A DNA stretch of 61,717 nt, filler included, from Pirum gemmata (Eukaryota): assembly GCA_002812295.1 (NCBI GenBank). It is 17 parts of 17 records of this genome, joined end to end, with 100 filler letters (N's around TTAATTAATTAA, not from the genome) between each part and the next. Parts side by side here need not be neighbours in the genome. Positions count along the whole stretch, not along the records: positions 13,552 to 16,921 come from PDIN01002755.1; positions 17,022 to 20,365 come from PDIN01002756.1; positions 20,466 to 23,798 come from PDIN01002757.1; positions 23,899 to 26,659 come from PDIN01002758.1; positions 26,760 to 33,527 come from PDIN01002759.1; 12 more parts are not named here. One strand, 5' to 3'. Position numbers and translations under genes: made by a program. This document shows positions 13,983 through 26,841 of the stretch, in pieces. The notes beneath the pieces are model-generated. The model was not told the origin of the DNA, searched no databases, and was given only the letters and a program-made list of their open reading frames with translations. Positions within the stretch are counted from its first letter, which is position 1; each line of letters begins with the position of its first letter.

Positions 13983-15170
13983 TGGAAATTTGATGTGTGC
14001 ATTTCCTGCAGATAATATAGTAAGCAAAGAGGATCTTTATGCATTTGTTGTAAAAGCTACATTTAAAGATATTATTAATTTACAAACAACTATTGAAACA
14101 TTATGGAAATCAACCGTAGGTTCAGCAGCTATGGTTTTCATGGCTGCTTTTGGTTAAGTTATTGCTTATTTTGGTTTAAGTTATTGCTCTTTTTGGGTTT
14201 TAAGTTATTGATCCTTTTGATTTAACTTAATACAGCTTTTTAAAAGGGCATTTGGTATGTGGATTCCTTAAAGATAGTATAGTAAGCAAAGAGGATTTTT
14301 ATTCATTTGTTGTAAAAGCTATACATTTAAAGATACTATTAATAGGGTGTTTGGCTACTTTTTTTTGTCGTTTTTCGTGTGAAAATTTTTTTTCTCGCGA
14401 GAATTTCAAAATTCTAAACCCAAATCGTTTGGCAAAAAAAAAAAAAATCTTGCGAGAATTTACCCAAAAAAAAATAGGGGAGGTGACGCCCTGTTTTTGG
14501 TAATTTCGCTGCTTATTCCTGGGACGTTGGAATTTTTTGAAGAGAGAAAAAGATTGACAGTCAGACTGTCAATATTTTATCCTCCAGCAGACTCACGAGA
14601 ATTTTATTTTTATCCACCAAAAAAAAAAAAAAAAAATCTCAAAAAAAAAAAAAAAAAAAATCTTGCAAGAAAAAAAAAAAAATCCCACAGGAAAAATCGA
14701 AAAAACAAAGTTGCCAAAAACTCTATAATTTACAATTATTTTGGTTTTTAAGTTATTGCTCTTTTTGGGTTTTAAAGTATTGATCCTTTTGATTTGAGTT
14801 ATTGCAGCCTTTTAAAAGGGCATTTGGCGGGATTCCTTAAAGATAGTATAGTAAGCAAAGAGGAATTTTATTCATTTGTTGTAAAAGCTACATTTATATT
14901 GTTAATTTACAAACAACTATTGAAACATTATGGAAGTCAACCGTAGGTTCAGCAGCTATGGTTTTTATGGCTGCTTTTGGTTAAGTTCTTGCTTATTTTG
15001 GTTTTAATTATTGCTCTTTTTGGTTTTTAAGTTATTGATCCTTTTGGTTTAAGTTAGTAAATAAAGGCTTATAAGGACATTTGGTATGTGGCTTTTCCTG
15101 AAGATAGGATGGTAAGAAAAAAGGAAGTTTACATTTTCGTTGTAAAAACTACATTTAAATTTACAACAAA
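13983..15170 (+). repeat. Tandem array, about 4 copies of a ~265-bp unit that includes an ORF-like segment
   Basis: GATARTATAGTAAGCAAAGAGGA..TTGTTGTAAAAGCTACATTTA recurs near 14010, 14272, 14842 and 15103. Confidence 0.9.
14343..14725. mobile_element. MITE with long imperfect TIRs (TAGGGTGTTTGGCTAC / GTTGCCAAAAACTCTA) and TAA target duplication, PIF/Harbinger-like
   Basis: Neighbouring array units show the empty site TTAATTTAC. The filled site has TAA at 14340-14342 and 14726-14728. The TIR similarity extends ~60 bp. Confidence 0.82.
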
Positions 15171-15277
15171 ATTTTGAAACGAAATTTGATTCAAGTTTGT
15201 TCAAGTGTTTTCTAGTTTTTTCAAGTTTTTTTCAAGTTTTTTCAAGTTTTTTTCAAGTTTTGTCAAGTTTTTTTTAA

Positions 15278-15498
15278 CAGCCAAGCCGAATATTTTTTTT
15301 AGACTTCTTTTCTAAAAGCTTTTAATTCTAACTAGCCAAATTATTGTTAAAAACTAGCCATTGGTTCATAATAGAGTTTCTTAGTTAGACAAGTTCTCAA
15401 AATTTTGGTAGCACTTTCATTAAAATTGGATCATTTTGAGATTTTTTGGATTTTTGAGCTCATATGGCGGATGTCGCCATTTTTATCCGGCTTGGTAG
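15278..15498. mobile_element. TTAA-flanked MITE (piggyBac/Kolobok-type target site)
   Basis: TTAA|CAGCCAAGCCGAATA ... TATCCGGCTTGGTAG|TTAA. A second partial copy lies at ~6635-6766. Confidence 0.75.
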
Positions 15499-15704
15499 TT
15501 AAAAACATTTCCAAGGATTTTTATGTTTTTTCAAATTTTTTAGAATTAATTTCAATATAAGTTGCATCATAAAAAAAATAATAAGTGAAAAAGTAAAAAA
15601 GAGAAGAAGTGTTCCTTAAAGATGGGTTTTTCTGGCCACTATTGGTTAATTTATTAAAGATTAAGATAACAATTTAGTGGTGAACAATGGCTTTTAGCCA
15701 TTAA

Positions 15705-16092
15705 GCTTAGGCCTAAACCTAAACCTAAACCTAAACCTAAACCTAAACATAAATATAAACCTAAACCTAAACCTAAACCTAAGCCTAAATCTAAACCTAA
15801 ACCTAAACCTAAACCTAAACCTAAGCCTAAGCCTAAGCCTAAGCCTAAGCCTAAAGCTAAGCCTAAAGCTAAGCCTAAGCCTAAACCTAAACCTTAACCT
15901 AAACCTTAACCTAAACCTAAGGGTAAGGCTAAGGCTAAAGTTAAGGCTACAAAGCCTAAACCTACACCTACACCTACACCTACACCTACACCTACACCTA
16001 CACCTAAACCTAAACCTAAACCTAAACCTAAACCTAAACCTAAACCTAAACCTAAACCTAAACCTAAACCTAAACCTAAACCTAAACTTAAC
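15705..16092 (+). repeat. (CCTAAA)n / (CCTAAG)n / (CCTACA)n hexamer microsatellite
   Basis: Seen directly in the sequence. Confidence 0.95.
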
Positions 16093-16094
16093 CT

Positions 16095-16402
16095 TGATTA
16101 AACATATTGACTACTTTGACTTCCACTATAACCCAGTGAATACGAAGAACAGTTATTTTTTATCACAATTCATAACCATCATCAAACGCCTTGACCAAGG
16201 CATCTGGTAACGGTGTGTTCGCGTTTAAAGACGCCATATTACCGTTATAATGTTACATACTTGCACCCACTATCAACCCATCATTCAAAGTAGAGTTTAA
16301 TTGAGAATGGTGAGTTAGCCATCGTGAAGACGCTTCAGCCATTAGTATGTTAGTCTTTTGAAGCTTTTTTATAATATCAAATAGCCTTAAATTGATTTTC
16401 TT
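16095..16402 (-). pseudogene. Decayed tandem duplicate of the 3' ~310 bp of the adjacent aldo-keto reductase exon
   Basis: Aligns to ~16456-16768 with substitutions and several frameshifting indels. Confidence 0.88.
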
Positions 16403-16459
16403 AAACCTGAACTTAAACCTAAGCCTTACTCTTATCTTAACCCTTACCCTAAACATTGA

Positions 16460-16905
16460 TTAAACATATTGACCACTTTGACTTCCACTATAACCACGTG
16501 AATACGAAGGACAGTTATTTTTACACAATTCATAACCGACATCAAACGCCTTGACCAAGGCATCTGGTAACGGTGTGTTTGCGGTTAAAGAAGCCATATT
16601 ATCGTTATAATGTTGCATACTACTTGCACCAACTATCAACCCATCATTCAAATTAGAGTTTAATTGAGAATGGTTAGTTAACCATCGTAAAGACGCTTCA
16701 GCCATGGGTATGTTAGCCTTTTGACAAGCTTGTTTTATAATATCAATAGCCTTAAATTGATTTTCTTGCATAAATCTACTTTGATATATTTTTACCCAAG
16801 GACTATCGCCTTTAAACCTACTACCGTTCTCAATGTCATTTAAAGATTTATATTTACCAGACAACATGCCAGCTGCTAATGGGTTGTAAGCATAAAAACT
16901 CATTC
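16460..16905 (-). CDS. Aldo-keto reductase, AKR7 (aflatoxin B1 aldehyde reductase)-like, last exon
   Basis: Acceptor at 16906. Motifs FYAYNPLAAGMLSGKY, EASLRWLTNHSQL and DGLIVGASS are typical of AKR7. Confidence 0.9.
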
Positions 16906-17021
16906 CTATATATATAGGGTTNNNNNNNNNNNNNNNNNNNNNNNNNNNNNNNNNNNNNNNNNNNNTTAATTAATTAANNNNNNNNNNNNNNNNNNNNNNN
17001 NNNNNNNNNNNNNNNNNNNNN

Positions 17022-17113
17022 GGGTTAGGGTTAGTGTTAGGGTTAGGGTTAGTGTTAGGGTTAGGGTTAGGGTTGGGTTAGGGTTAGGGTTAGGGTTGGG
17101 GTTAGGGTTAGGG
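17022..17113 (+). repeat. (TTAGGG)n telomere-like tract at a contig edge; similar tracts at 20738-20970, 26760-26810, 33950-34038, 36924-36961, 40529-40660, 54916-54945, 55140-55575 and 56430-56495
   Basis: Seen directly. Most tracts are interstitial or intronic and include variants (TTAGGC, TTTGGG). Confidence 0.92.
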
Positions 17114-18996
17114 TCAGAGAATTAGGCAAAAAAGAGTGATCCGAAAGGGCTGAAACTGTTTTTTTCTGTTGAAGGAAAACAAACAAACAAATGAAGCCCT
17201 ATCATTGGCCTAAAACCTGTCATCACCATCAGATTCAGCCATCACCATCAGATTCAGTAATCCTCCCAGACAAGAGGCCACATAGTGAGTGTCACAACTG
17301 TGTCACCCCTCCTTGAACATCCCGAAATGTTATACTAGCTATCAGATAGTCATAGTCCCCCGAGACACTTTAGCTCTTACGATATGCTAGGTCGTTTACT
17401 ACTGTACTGTCTGTACATACTATCAATAGCTAGCCACAGTTGTGTGGTGTTTTTGTGGTTATCTTTATGTTTGGCTTAATTTTATTGTATGCATCCGATT
17501 ATGTTGAAACAGTTTTGAAACCATAAAAAGGCATAATGTACGACTTTGTAATAATTATTGTATGATTATGTTTTTGAAAAAGTGTTATATTATATATATT
17601 ATTGTTCTAATTATATTTATATAATATTATGGTAATTGTGGTACAAGTAATAGTTACAGTTTATTGTTATTATGCTATTGATTTTGTGTTTATTGTAATA
17701 CATATAATATTATATACTTAGAAAGTCCAGAATTTGCACATTTAGCACATTTTATCGCATAAAGTGTCTACATAATATTAAATTTATGTTTGTAAAGAAG
17801 TAAAACTATTGTTGTTAGCGTTATCACCTTATGATTAAAAACGTTATTATAATAAAAGTGTTATAATATATAGTTATTATTATTTTTGTTGATGATTTAA
17901 ATTTAAGCTTATATTATTTTTTTAATTTTGTGCTCATTATTATAATACTTCTTAGATATTAATAATACGGCCGTGAATAAACCTTGGCTACTCTATATAA
18001 TACAGACAGGGCTATGGTTATGATTATGGGCTATTAATGTTAAACTTTATTTATAATTGTTGTCATTTGAGTGTAATTTTTAAAGATATAGATACCGATA
18101 CTATTAAAAAATTTTAAGTATTAGTCTAAAAACTTTTTTATTTTTTATTTTTTATTATTAATAAAATATAATAATAATAGATATTGTAATAATATGATTC
18201 TATATATATATATTATACTTATTTGTTTTTATATTGTAAGTTTATATTAATTATTATATATATAAATATATATATATAGCTAATATATATAGCTATAGTG
18301 TTTTATGTTTGTGGTTTAATAATGTTTTCATACTAGGTTTTTATGTTATTAATGTTTTTTATGTTCTAAAATGTTTTTTATGTTTAGGCAATATTAAATA
18401 CTCATAATAATGTTAATAATAATAATGGTAGTTTGGGTTCCACTGCTAGTAATAATTCTAAATGAGCCCAACAACCACTACATATAGTCTACATAATAAA
18501 AATTTCCAAATTGTAAAAAGTTTAGATGGTTTAGGACTGTTTAGGAAAGAAATCAGATACATCGATATTTTTTGTAATCATAAAATATACAATAAATATT
18601 AATATTAATATTAATAGTACCAAATTAATACAATATAAATCCATTTAATTTAATTTTTGTATATTTTATTATCTATTTTTGATTTAAAAACGTCAATTTA
18701 AAGATTATAACCCTCCAAATAAATATTCAGAGTGATAAAATAAATGAAAAGCACAATATATCATATTTTTGTCTACTCGTATTGCATCGCGCGCTATCGT
18801 ATGGTTATATTTATAATGTATGGTCTAGGAAGTATGGTTTATGTTATATGGTTATGGTTAAGTTTGTGGTTATGATACTTTATGTTGTTAATTATAATAT
18901 AGCAGTATAGGTACTAATAGTTATTATTAAAAGAAGAATTATTTTCATTTTCTATATTTTTTTCATGGTTTTAATTAATATTTATATTAGGGCATA

Positions 18997-19672
18997 ATTT
19001 ATATCTTTACATCCATATAATATGGCTTAATGTTCAAGGTTTTATGTTTATGGGTTTATGATGGTGTATTTAAGTGTATTTATGTATTTTACGTTAACAC
19101 TTAGTTTAAAATACTTTATGCGTGTGTTTATTACACTGAAGTTACACTGCTATGGTAGGTCTAGTTATTTATATCTTTACAAAATTTAATGTCATTAACC
19201 AGATTTGGGTCTTTCGGAACTTTATATAATATAATATTATAGACACTTAATTAATGCGATAAAAAGTGATAAAGGCAAGTGCCAGAAAGTCCAGAATTTG
19301 CACATTCATCACTTTTTATCGCATAAAGTATCTACATAATATGTTTTAATTAATGTTTAAGGTTTTATGTTTATGGGTTTATGCTGGTGTACATGTATTT
19401 ATGTATTTTACGTTTACACTTAGTTTATTACTTTATGCTTGTGTTTTTCACATTGAAGTTACACTGCTATGGTAAATCTAGTTATTTATATCTTTACATC
19501 CATATAATATTATTATGCATAATATGGACTCATATGATTTAATGTTCAAGGTTTTATGTTTATGGGTTTATGATGGTGTATTTATGTATTTTACTTTTAC
19601 ACTTAGCTTAGTTTAATACTTTATGCGTGTGTTTATTGCACTGAAGTTACACTGCTACGGTAGGTCTAGTTA
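18997..19672 (+). repeat. Tandem array, 3 copies of a ~170-185 bp unit
   Basis: AAGGTTTTATGTTTATGGGTTTATG..TGAAGTTACACTGCTAYGGTARRTCTAGTTAT occurs three times. The second unit carries an insertion. Confidence 0.9.
19240..19334. mobile_element. ~95-bp MITE (TIR TAGACACTT..ATGCGATAAAAAGTGAT / ATCACTTTTTATCGCATAAAGTATCTA)
   Basis: Inverted ends, and absent from the sister array units. Partial copies lie at ~17720-17770 and ~45542-45557. Confidence 0.75.
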
Positions 19673-20259
19673 TGTTTTATGGTTATGGAACCGGCGCGGT
19701 CATAGCTAACTTCGTAGTTGTAACATATATGATTATAATACTTTATAATATGATTTTAAAAAAAAGTTAATTTAATTAACTATAACTTTTGTGGTTATAA
19801 TATTATTTTAGAATGTTATATTGTGTTGTATTGTATATACTATACTATATTATATTTAATATGATATTTAATGTTATACATTAAATATTAATGTCAATTT
19901 GCTTGAGTTAAAAATTGGATATATTTTTTTAAAAAACAATGATAATATAGACTGGTTGTAATCGGTATTACTATTTTACTTTTTCTAAAACAATTTCTCT
20001 TTATCATTGTTGCTATCTGTATCTACTTACTATCTACTTTTTCTTAACTTTCGTAATATTCATGTTACTTTAGAAATTAATTTTCCTTATTAATAATAAT
20101 ATTATTTAGTTTTATTTTTTTTTAAAAAAAAAAATATTTATTTTTTCGTTTAGTAGTACTTTATTATTTACCAGGCACTCCTTGTTGGAGTACTGGGTAG
20201 GTCTCATGATTATTTTACTATTATCTGATATAATTTCTTTTTTATTAATAATTATCATA

Positions 20260-20294
<35 letters not shown>

Positions 20295-23200
20295 GAAACA
20301 AAAAGACATATTATTTATTAATAATAACAAAAATAAGAGAAAAAATAAAAACAATACAAACAACANNNNNNNNNNNNNNNNNNNNNNNNNNNNNNNNNNN
20401 NNNNNNNNNTTAATTAATTAANNNNNNNNNNNNNNNNNNNNNNNNNNNNNNNNNNNNNNNNNNNNTGGTAGTGTAGACTTATTCTAAAGACTATTATGAT
20501 ATACTCGAGCTCTAGACTATTATCAATTTATCAAAAGTGCTTTTTGCGTGCGCTTTTTTACTCACGCCAATAATTTTTGCATTTGGAAGTTAGAATGTAC
20601 ATTATTATGATGTATTATTGTACTTTTCATTTATTTTGTCATTGAATATTTATTTTGTTGGTTATAATATTTAAATTGATATTTCTAAATTAATAATTAG
20701 ATTATAAAATATTTATATACCAAATTAAATAAAATGGAACCCTAAAGCCTAACCCCGATTCTAAAAGCCCCTAACCTGAACATTCTCTAACCCTAACACA
20801 ACCCTAACACTCTAACTTTAACACAGCCCTAACACTCTAACTTTAACACAGCCCTAACAACTTAACCCTAACCCTACCACCTTAAATACCCTAACCCTAA
20901 CGTACACCTAATACCCTGTCCCTAACACCAACTCCCTAAACCTAACCCTAATCCTTAACACCCTAACCTACACTACGGTAACTCCGAACTGCCCTTGTTT
21001 TTATGATTCTATAACCTCGTAGTACCTCGTATAAAAAACCGTGAAATAATAATAATTTCTATTTATATAAAATAAAAAATAATATTGATGTTATTCTTAA
21101 ATTTGTATTTATGTATCACATGTATGGTATCATAATAATTATTAATATGATATGTTTTAATAATAATAATAATAATATATAATATAATATTAATATAGTA
21201 ATACTTATATTATATAAAAATAAAATACTATTTTATATTTATTATATATAAAAATAAAATACAAAAGGTTTTAGTGAACTTTTTCCAGTTGGAAAAACAA
21301 AACCGAAAGAGTAAGTAACAAAAGAGTAAAAGAATGATATCTTTTCCTAGTTCATTTAGATTTAGTTTCTAATATATTTTATTTTTATTTTTATCATGTT
21401 TTTTTATTTTTGAACCCAGACAAAATAATATTACTGTAATAATAACAATAATAATAATTTGTTTTTTTTTTATGAATATGAATATGTATATCTGAGCACT
21501 TATTATGTTGTTACTGCAATTTTGATTTGGTATAATATTGGCACAATTATTGATAAAGTTTATTCTATTAATTTAATAATGAATAGGATGATTTGGTAAT
21601 TCTTAACTAATTGAAAAACATGGCATTGTATTGTAACTAAGCATAATCAGACAATAGTTATATTATAATATTTTGTTTATATCGATAATTATTATTGTAT
21701 TAATACATGTGTTTATGATTATGTTAAAAAAATAGCTATGTACATGTACAGTTATGATTATTGTTATAATTATATAGCTATGGTTATGGTTATATGTGGT
21801 TATGGTTATGGTTATGGTTATGGTTATGGTTATGGTTATGGTTATGGTTATGGTTATGGTTATGGTTATGGTATGTATCGTTATCGTTAATTGTTATGGT
21901 TATGATTATAGTTATAGTTATGGTTATGGTTATGGTTATGGTTTTGGTTATGGTTATGGTTATGGCCTTGGTTATGGCTTTGGTTATGTTTATGTTTATG
22001 TATAGCTTATGTTCAAATTTATAATGATGGTTTAATATTATGGTTGACCCTAGAGTTATTATTATGACTAATAGTACTCCAATAGTGTACATATCAAGCA
22101 ATTATTATAATAAAGATATAATATATTTGTGAAAATTATCCTATTAATAAACAGATAAACAATGAAAATACGAAAAAAAAAATACGAAAAAAAGACTGAA
22201 AAAAAGAGGGTTTTTCCCTTTGTAACTTTTGTAACCCCAAATTCCTAATTTTTATTTTTTTGTGGAATTTGTATTATAGCAACTATTATAGCATAAAATA
22301 ATATGCTTTTTTACATTCTTTTAATTAAACTATTTAATTAAGAATGTAAAAAAGCATATTAACGTCTATATAGGTTTGTAATATTTCATTACTTTTTAAT
22401 GTACTCTCTCCCTAATATTGATATTGAGGCTATTATCTATATTCATACTCTTAAATTCGAGATATTAATATTGATATTGCTATTGTTGTTGTTATTGTTA
22501 TTGTTGTTGTTATTGTGGTTATTGTTATTGTTTTTATTGTTTTTATTGTTTTTATTTTTATTATTGTTGTTATTAATTATTGTTATTGTTATTGTTATTG
22601 TTATTGTTATTGTTAACGTTATTGTTAACGTTATTGTTATTATTGTTATTAATTGTTGTTATTATTATTGTTATTATTATTGTTATTAATATTGTTATTG
22701 TTATTGTTATTGTTATTGTTATTGTTATTATTATCATTATTATTATTATTGTTATCATTATTACATAGTGCTTGTTATTGTGATAACTTGATCTCATGTT
22801 ACTGACAATATATCAAAAAAGTATCTATCGTTGCTTTCCAGTTATTTTGTTGCCATAATGTATATAATAAATAGTACCAAATTAATACAATATAAATCCA
22901 TTTCATTTAATTTGGTATATTTTATTATATATTTATTTATTTAAAAGTATCTATTTAAATATTAAACAACCAAATAAATATTCGGAGTGATAAAAATAAA
23001 TGAAAAGCACAATTACATACATTATTTTAAAAAAGCAAAATATATCATTATTACTATAGTAGTCTATAGTCGTGCTATTATATTATTTATTAGAATATTT
23101 TATTTTTCTGAAGTTAAAATAAAATAATAACAATAATATTATTGTATGTATGTCAAATACTAGGTAAAGTCTACGTTACCCCAATTTCTGGTCAAATACA

Positions 23201-26200
23201 GCTTCAAATACCCCTACCTACCCCTCGACGTTAATTTCCGGTCAAATACCACCTACTTACCTACCCCTTGACGTGACAAGGCAGTAGCGTTTTTTGAAGG
23301 AAGTCAGGACTCTGAAGTTTCAATGTTTCCTTTTTTGGAAATTTATAGCCACAAAGATTTTTTCAGAATCGTATCATACTTGTTGTTTTGTCATTATAAA
23401 ATATACAATAAAGAGTACCAAATTAATACAATATAAATCCATTTCATTTAATTTGGTATATTTTATTATATATTTATTTATTTAAAAGTATCTATTTAAA
23501 TATTATAACCAACCAAATAAATATTCAGAGTGATAAAATAAACGAAAAGCACTAGCTAGCTGGTAGCACTATACAGTATCTATATAGGGGTCTATAGGTC
23601 TATATAGATATGATATAGATATGTCTGCTAGACCCCCCGGTCGATGTCTGAGTCACAGCTGATTTATGGTAGACTAGTCTAGTCTATGGTGCTTTTCTTT
23701 TATATAAATTTGAATATTTGTTTGATACTGGTAGGTTATAATCTTCAAATGGATATTTTAAAAATGAATAAATAGATAATAAAATATAGCAAATTAACNN
23801 NNNNNNNNNNNNNNNNNNNNNNNNNNNNNNNNNNNNNNNNNNTTAATTAATTAANNNNNNNNNNNNNNNNNNNNNNNNNNNNNNNNNNNNNNNNNNNNTA
23901 TAATAATACAGCTAGTATGGGCTGGAGAAAGAAGAAAAATAGGTTTTTTCTTTTTCTCATTAATATTGAGTTTAGTAATTGTTTAATTAAGGAGATTGTA
24001 GTATATATTATATCAATGTTTTGTGTAGTAATAGTAGTAGTTACATTTATATCTGATAGTGTGTTTTCTTTTTAATATATGATTATGATTTATAGGGGTT
24101 TCTTTTTCCTTTTTTCGTGGACTCGTGGCCTCCTCGCTTAGGCAGCCTCTTCTAACTAAAGACTTAGAGACAGCTGCTTAGAGACAGCAGCAACAGCAAC
24201 CATCATCAACAACAACAATAACAACAACAATAATAATAATAATAAGAACAACAACAATAACAACAACAGTAAGTAGTAGAGAGTCTTAGTCTTAGAGCAA
24301 AAAAACTGGACACAAATCAAGTATTCGAAGGGGGTGGGGGGGGGTCTGGTTTCTGGCTCAATTTTCTAGATTCAGATTGTGATTATGATCATGACAGTAC
24401 TATGACTATGATAATGATTATGATTATGATTATGATTGGTCTATGATTAGTCTATGATTAATATTATGATTAATATTATGATTAATATTATGATTATGAT
24501 TATGATTATAATTATAATTATGCTTATGATTATGATTATGATTAAGATTATGATTATGATTATGATTATGATTTTAACTTTGATTTTGATTTTGATTATG
24601 ATTATAAAATTATATATGATTAATTATGATTATGATTATGATTATGTATTCACTCTTATGCTTATGCTTAACAAAAGTATATTTGTGCTTCATTAAAAAA
24701 TAAACCTCGCACAACCAATAACAAAAACAACAATATTCTAATGCTAAAAATGAACTGTTCGTTCGAAAACTTCAAATCTATTAAATAATACCTATTACAG
24801 TTTCTATTACATTACTTTTTAGTTTGTAAACTAAAAGTTCTAGTGAAAAAAATATATATATAATATATATTTGCACTATAATTATGATAATATTATAAAT
24901 TTATAATAGATGTCGCAATTTTTATAATTATGATACAAAAAAAACTCAAAAAAATAAAAATAAACTCTAGATTCGTCTCTTTACTGGTTTTTATAAATTG
25001 TTGGTTCGTTTGGCGGTTTGAGAATGAAATTTTTATAACTGCAAGCTGAGTAGCAACTGCGAGCATTTATAGACATATAGACCAGAGAAGATCTTGATTT
25101 GGCAATGGTAGGTATAATAGTAGTACAGTACTGTAACATCATTCAGACACGTGTGTAATCATTATATACACTATAATAGTGTAGTTGTGTAATAGTTTTG
25201 TGAGCTGTTCCATTATTATACAAGAATACTCAAGTATGACAGTATGACGGGATGAAAAGTCTCTAATGCCCAGGTGTATTTGTTTTATCATCGCATTATT
25301 AAATTTATAATTGCGCAGCCTCAAATTATCCTTCAATACAGACTGGTTGGTTCTCTCAATATGCTAGTTGACCTTTTTCAGTAGCCCTTAGACCTGGGTA
25401 GACAATACAATATAGTCATTATGGAAACACATTGAACACTCTAGCTACAACAAAAACAGTTTAAGTCTAAACTTTATTAAAGACATCATACATAGAACTT
25501 ATTCATTAATTTCATTATTAATTCATATATGTTTTTTTAATTATAAGTAAATAGATTCTTATTAATTTGATTAAGTTTTATGATGTTTCTTTATGTTATA
25601 TATGATATTAGAATAGTTAGCTTAATTATGTTTTATTTTTTTAAAAGAAAAATAATTTTGCATTGTAACAATTATAACAAAAAAAGGATTAGGGTTGAAT
25701 TTGTGATAATTCATAAGACAATAACCCTGACCAGCCCATAACTCTACCCATAAACCCTATCCCATAAACCATAAACCATAAACCATAAACCATAAACCAT
25801 AAACCATAAACCATAAACCATAAACCATAAACCATAAACCATCAACCATAAATCATGAATCATAAACCATATAAACCATATAAACCATATAAGTCATATT
25901 AAGCCACATAAACCACAAACCACAACCGCAAACAACAAATCACAAATCATAAACCATATAAGTCATATTAAGCCATATAAACCACAAACCACAACCGCAA
26001 ACCACAAATCACAAATCATAAACCATAAACCATAAACCATAAACCATAAACCATAAACCATAAACCATAAACCATAAACCATAAACCACAAACAACTCCA
26101 TAAACCATAAATCATAAACCATAATAAACCATAAACCGTAAACCATAACCCTAGCCCATAAACCATAAACCATAACCCTATAGGCCTCCTCATAATATTA

Positions 26201-26450
26201 ATCTCTAATACCTAACAACTCGTAGAATTAAAATATAGTCTATAATTATATTATATAAAAATATAAACAAAAACAATAAATAAATAAACACAAAAAAAAA
26301 AGGTATAAAAACGGCAGGAGCAAGACCAAAAACAAGAGAAAAAAATCAAATCACTCAAATCTACACTAGCAAAAATAAAAAAAATAAAATATTATAACAA
26401 TTATTTTAACCAATTTTTTAAAAAAAGAAAAAAGAAAGCAAAAAGAAAAA

Positions 26451-26659
26451 ATGCAATTCTTCACTATCGCATCCTTAGCTACTTTTGCTCTATGTTCTGG
26501 TACCAATGCTGCTAAGGTACAACCTGACATCCAAATCCATTACGATTCCAATGTCGCTGCTGCGGTTATGGATCCACGCTTCACTACTTTACCGATGGAA
26601 ACTCAAGCACTATTACTAACTTCGTCTTCTTGCTCAATTACACAAGCCTTAAAATGTGC
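26451..26659 (+). CDS. 5' end of a secreted protein of unknown function (cut by contig end)
   Basis: ATG follows an A-rich leader. Signal-peptide-like MQFFTIASLATFALCSGTNA. Codon composition differs from the flanks. Confidence 0.75.
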
Positions 26660-26841
26660 NNNNNNNNNNNNNNNNNNNNNNNNNNNNNNNNNNNNNNNNN
26701 NNNTTAATTAATTAANNNNNNNNNNNNNNNNNNNNNNNNNNNNNNNNNNNNNNNNNNNNACCCTAACCCTAACCCTAACCCTATAACCCTAACCCTATAA
26801 CCCTAACCCTATGGAAACAAATTAATCATTATCAATAGTAA

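Noticed and set aside
17022..17113. True chromosome ends at TTAGGG-bearing contig edges
   Set aside because: Tracts at contig starts read TTAGGG inward (17022, 40529, 54916) and the one at 36924-36961 reads CCCTAA outward, the wrong polarity for termini. The same repeats are intronic elsewhere.
17130..17160. Hammerhead-like fragments (TGATCCGAAAGGGCTGAAAC; also CTGATGAGG at ~36194 and the GAAA hairpin at 169-182)
   Set aside because: None has both the CTGANGA and GAAA cores with closing stems.
25139..25400. Integrase-like ERTNQSVLKD fragment on the minus strand
   Set aside because: Too short, flanked by stops and without other integrase motifs.
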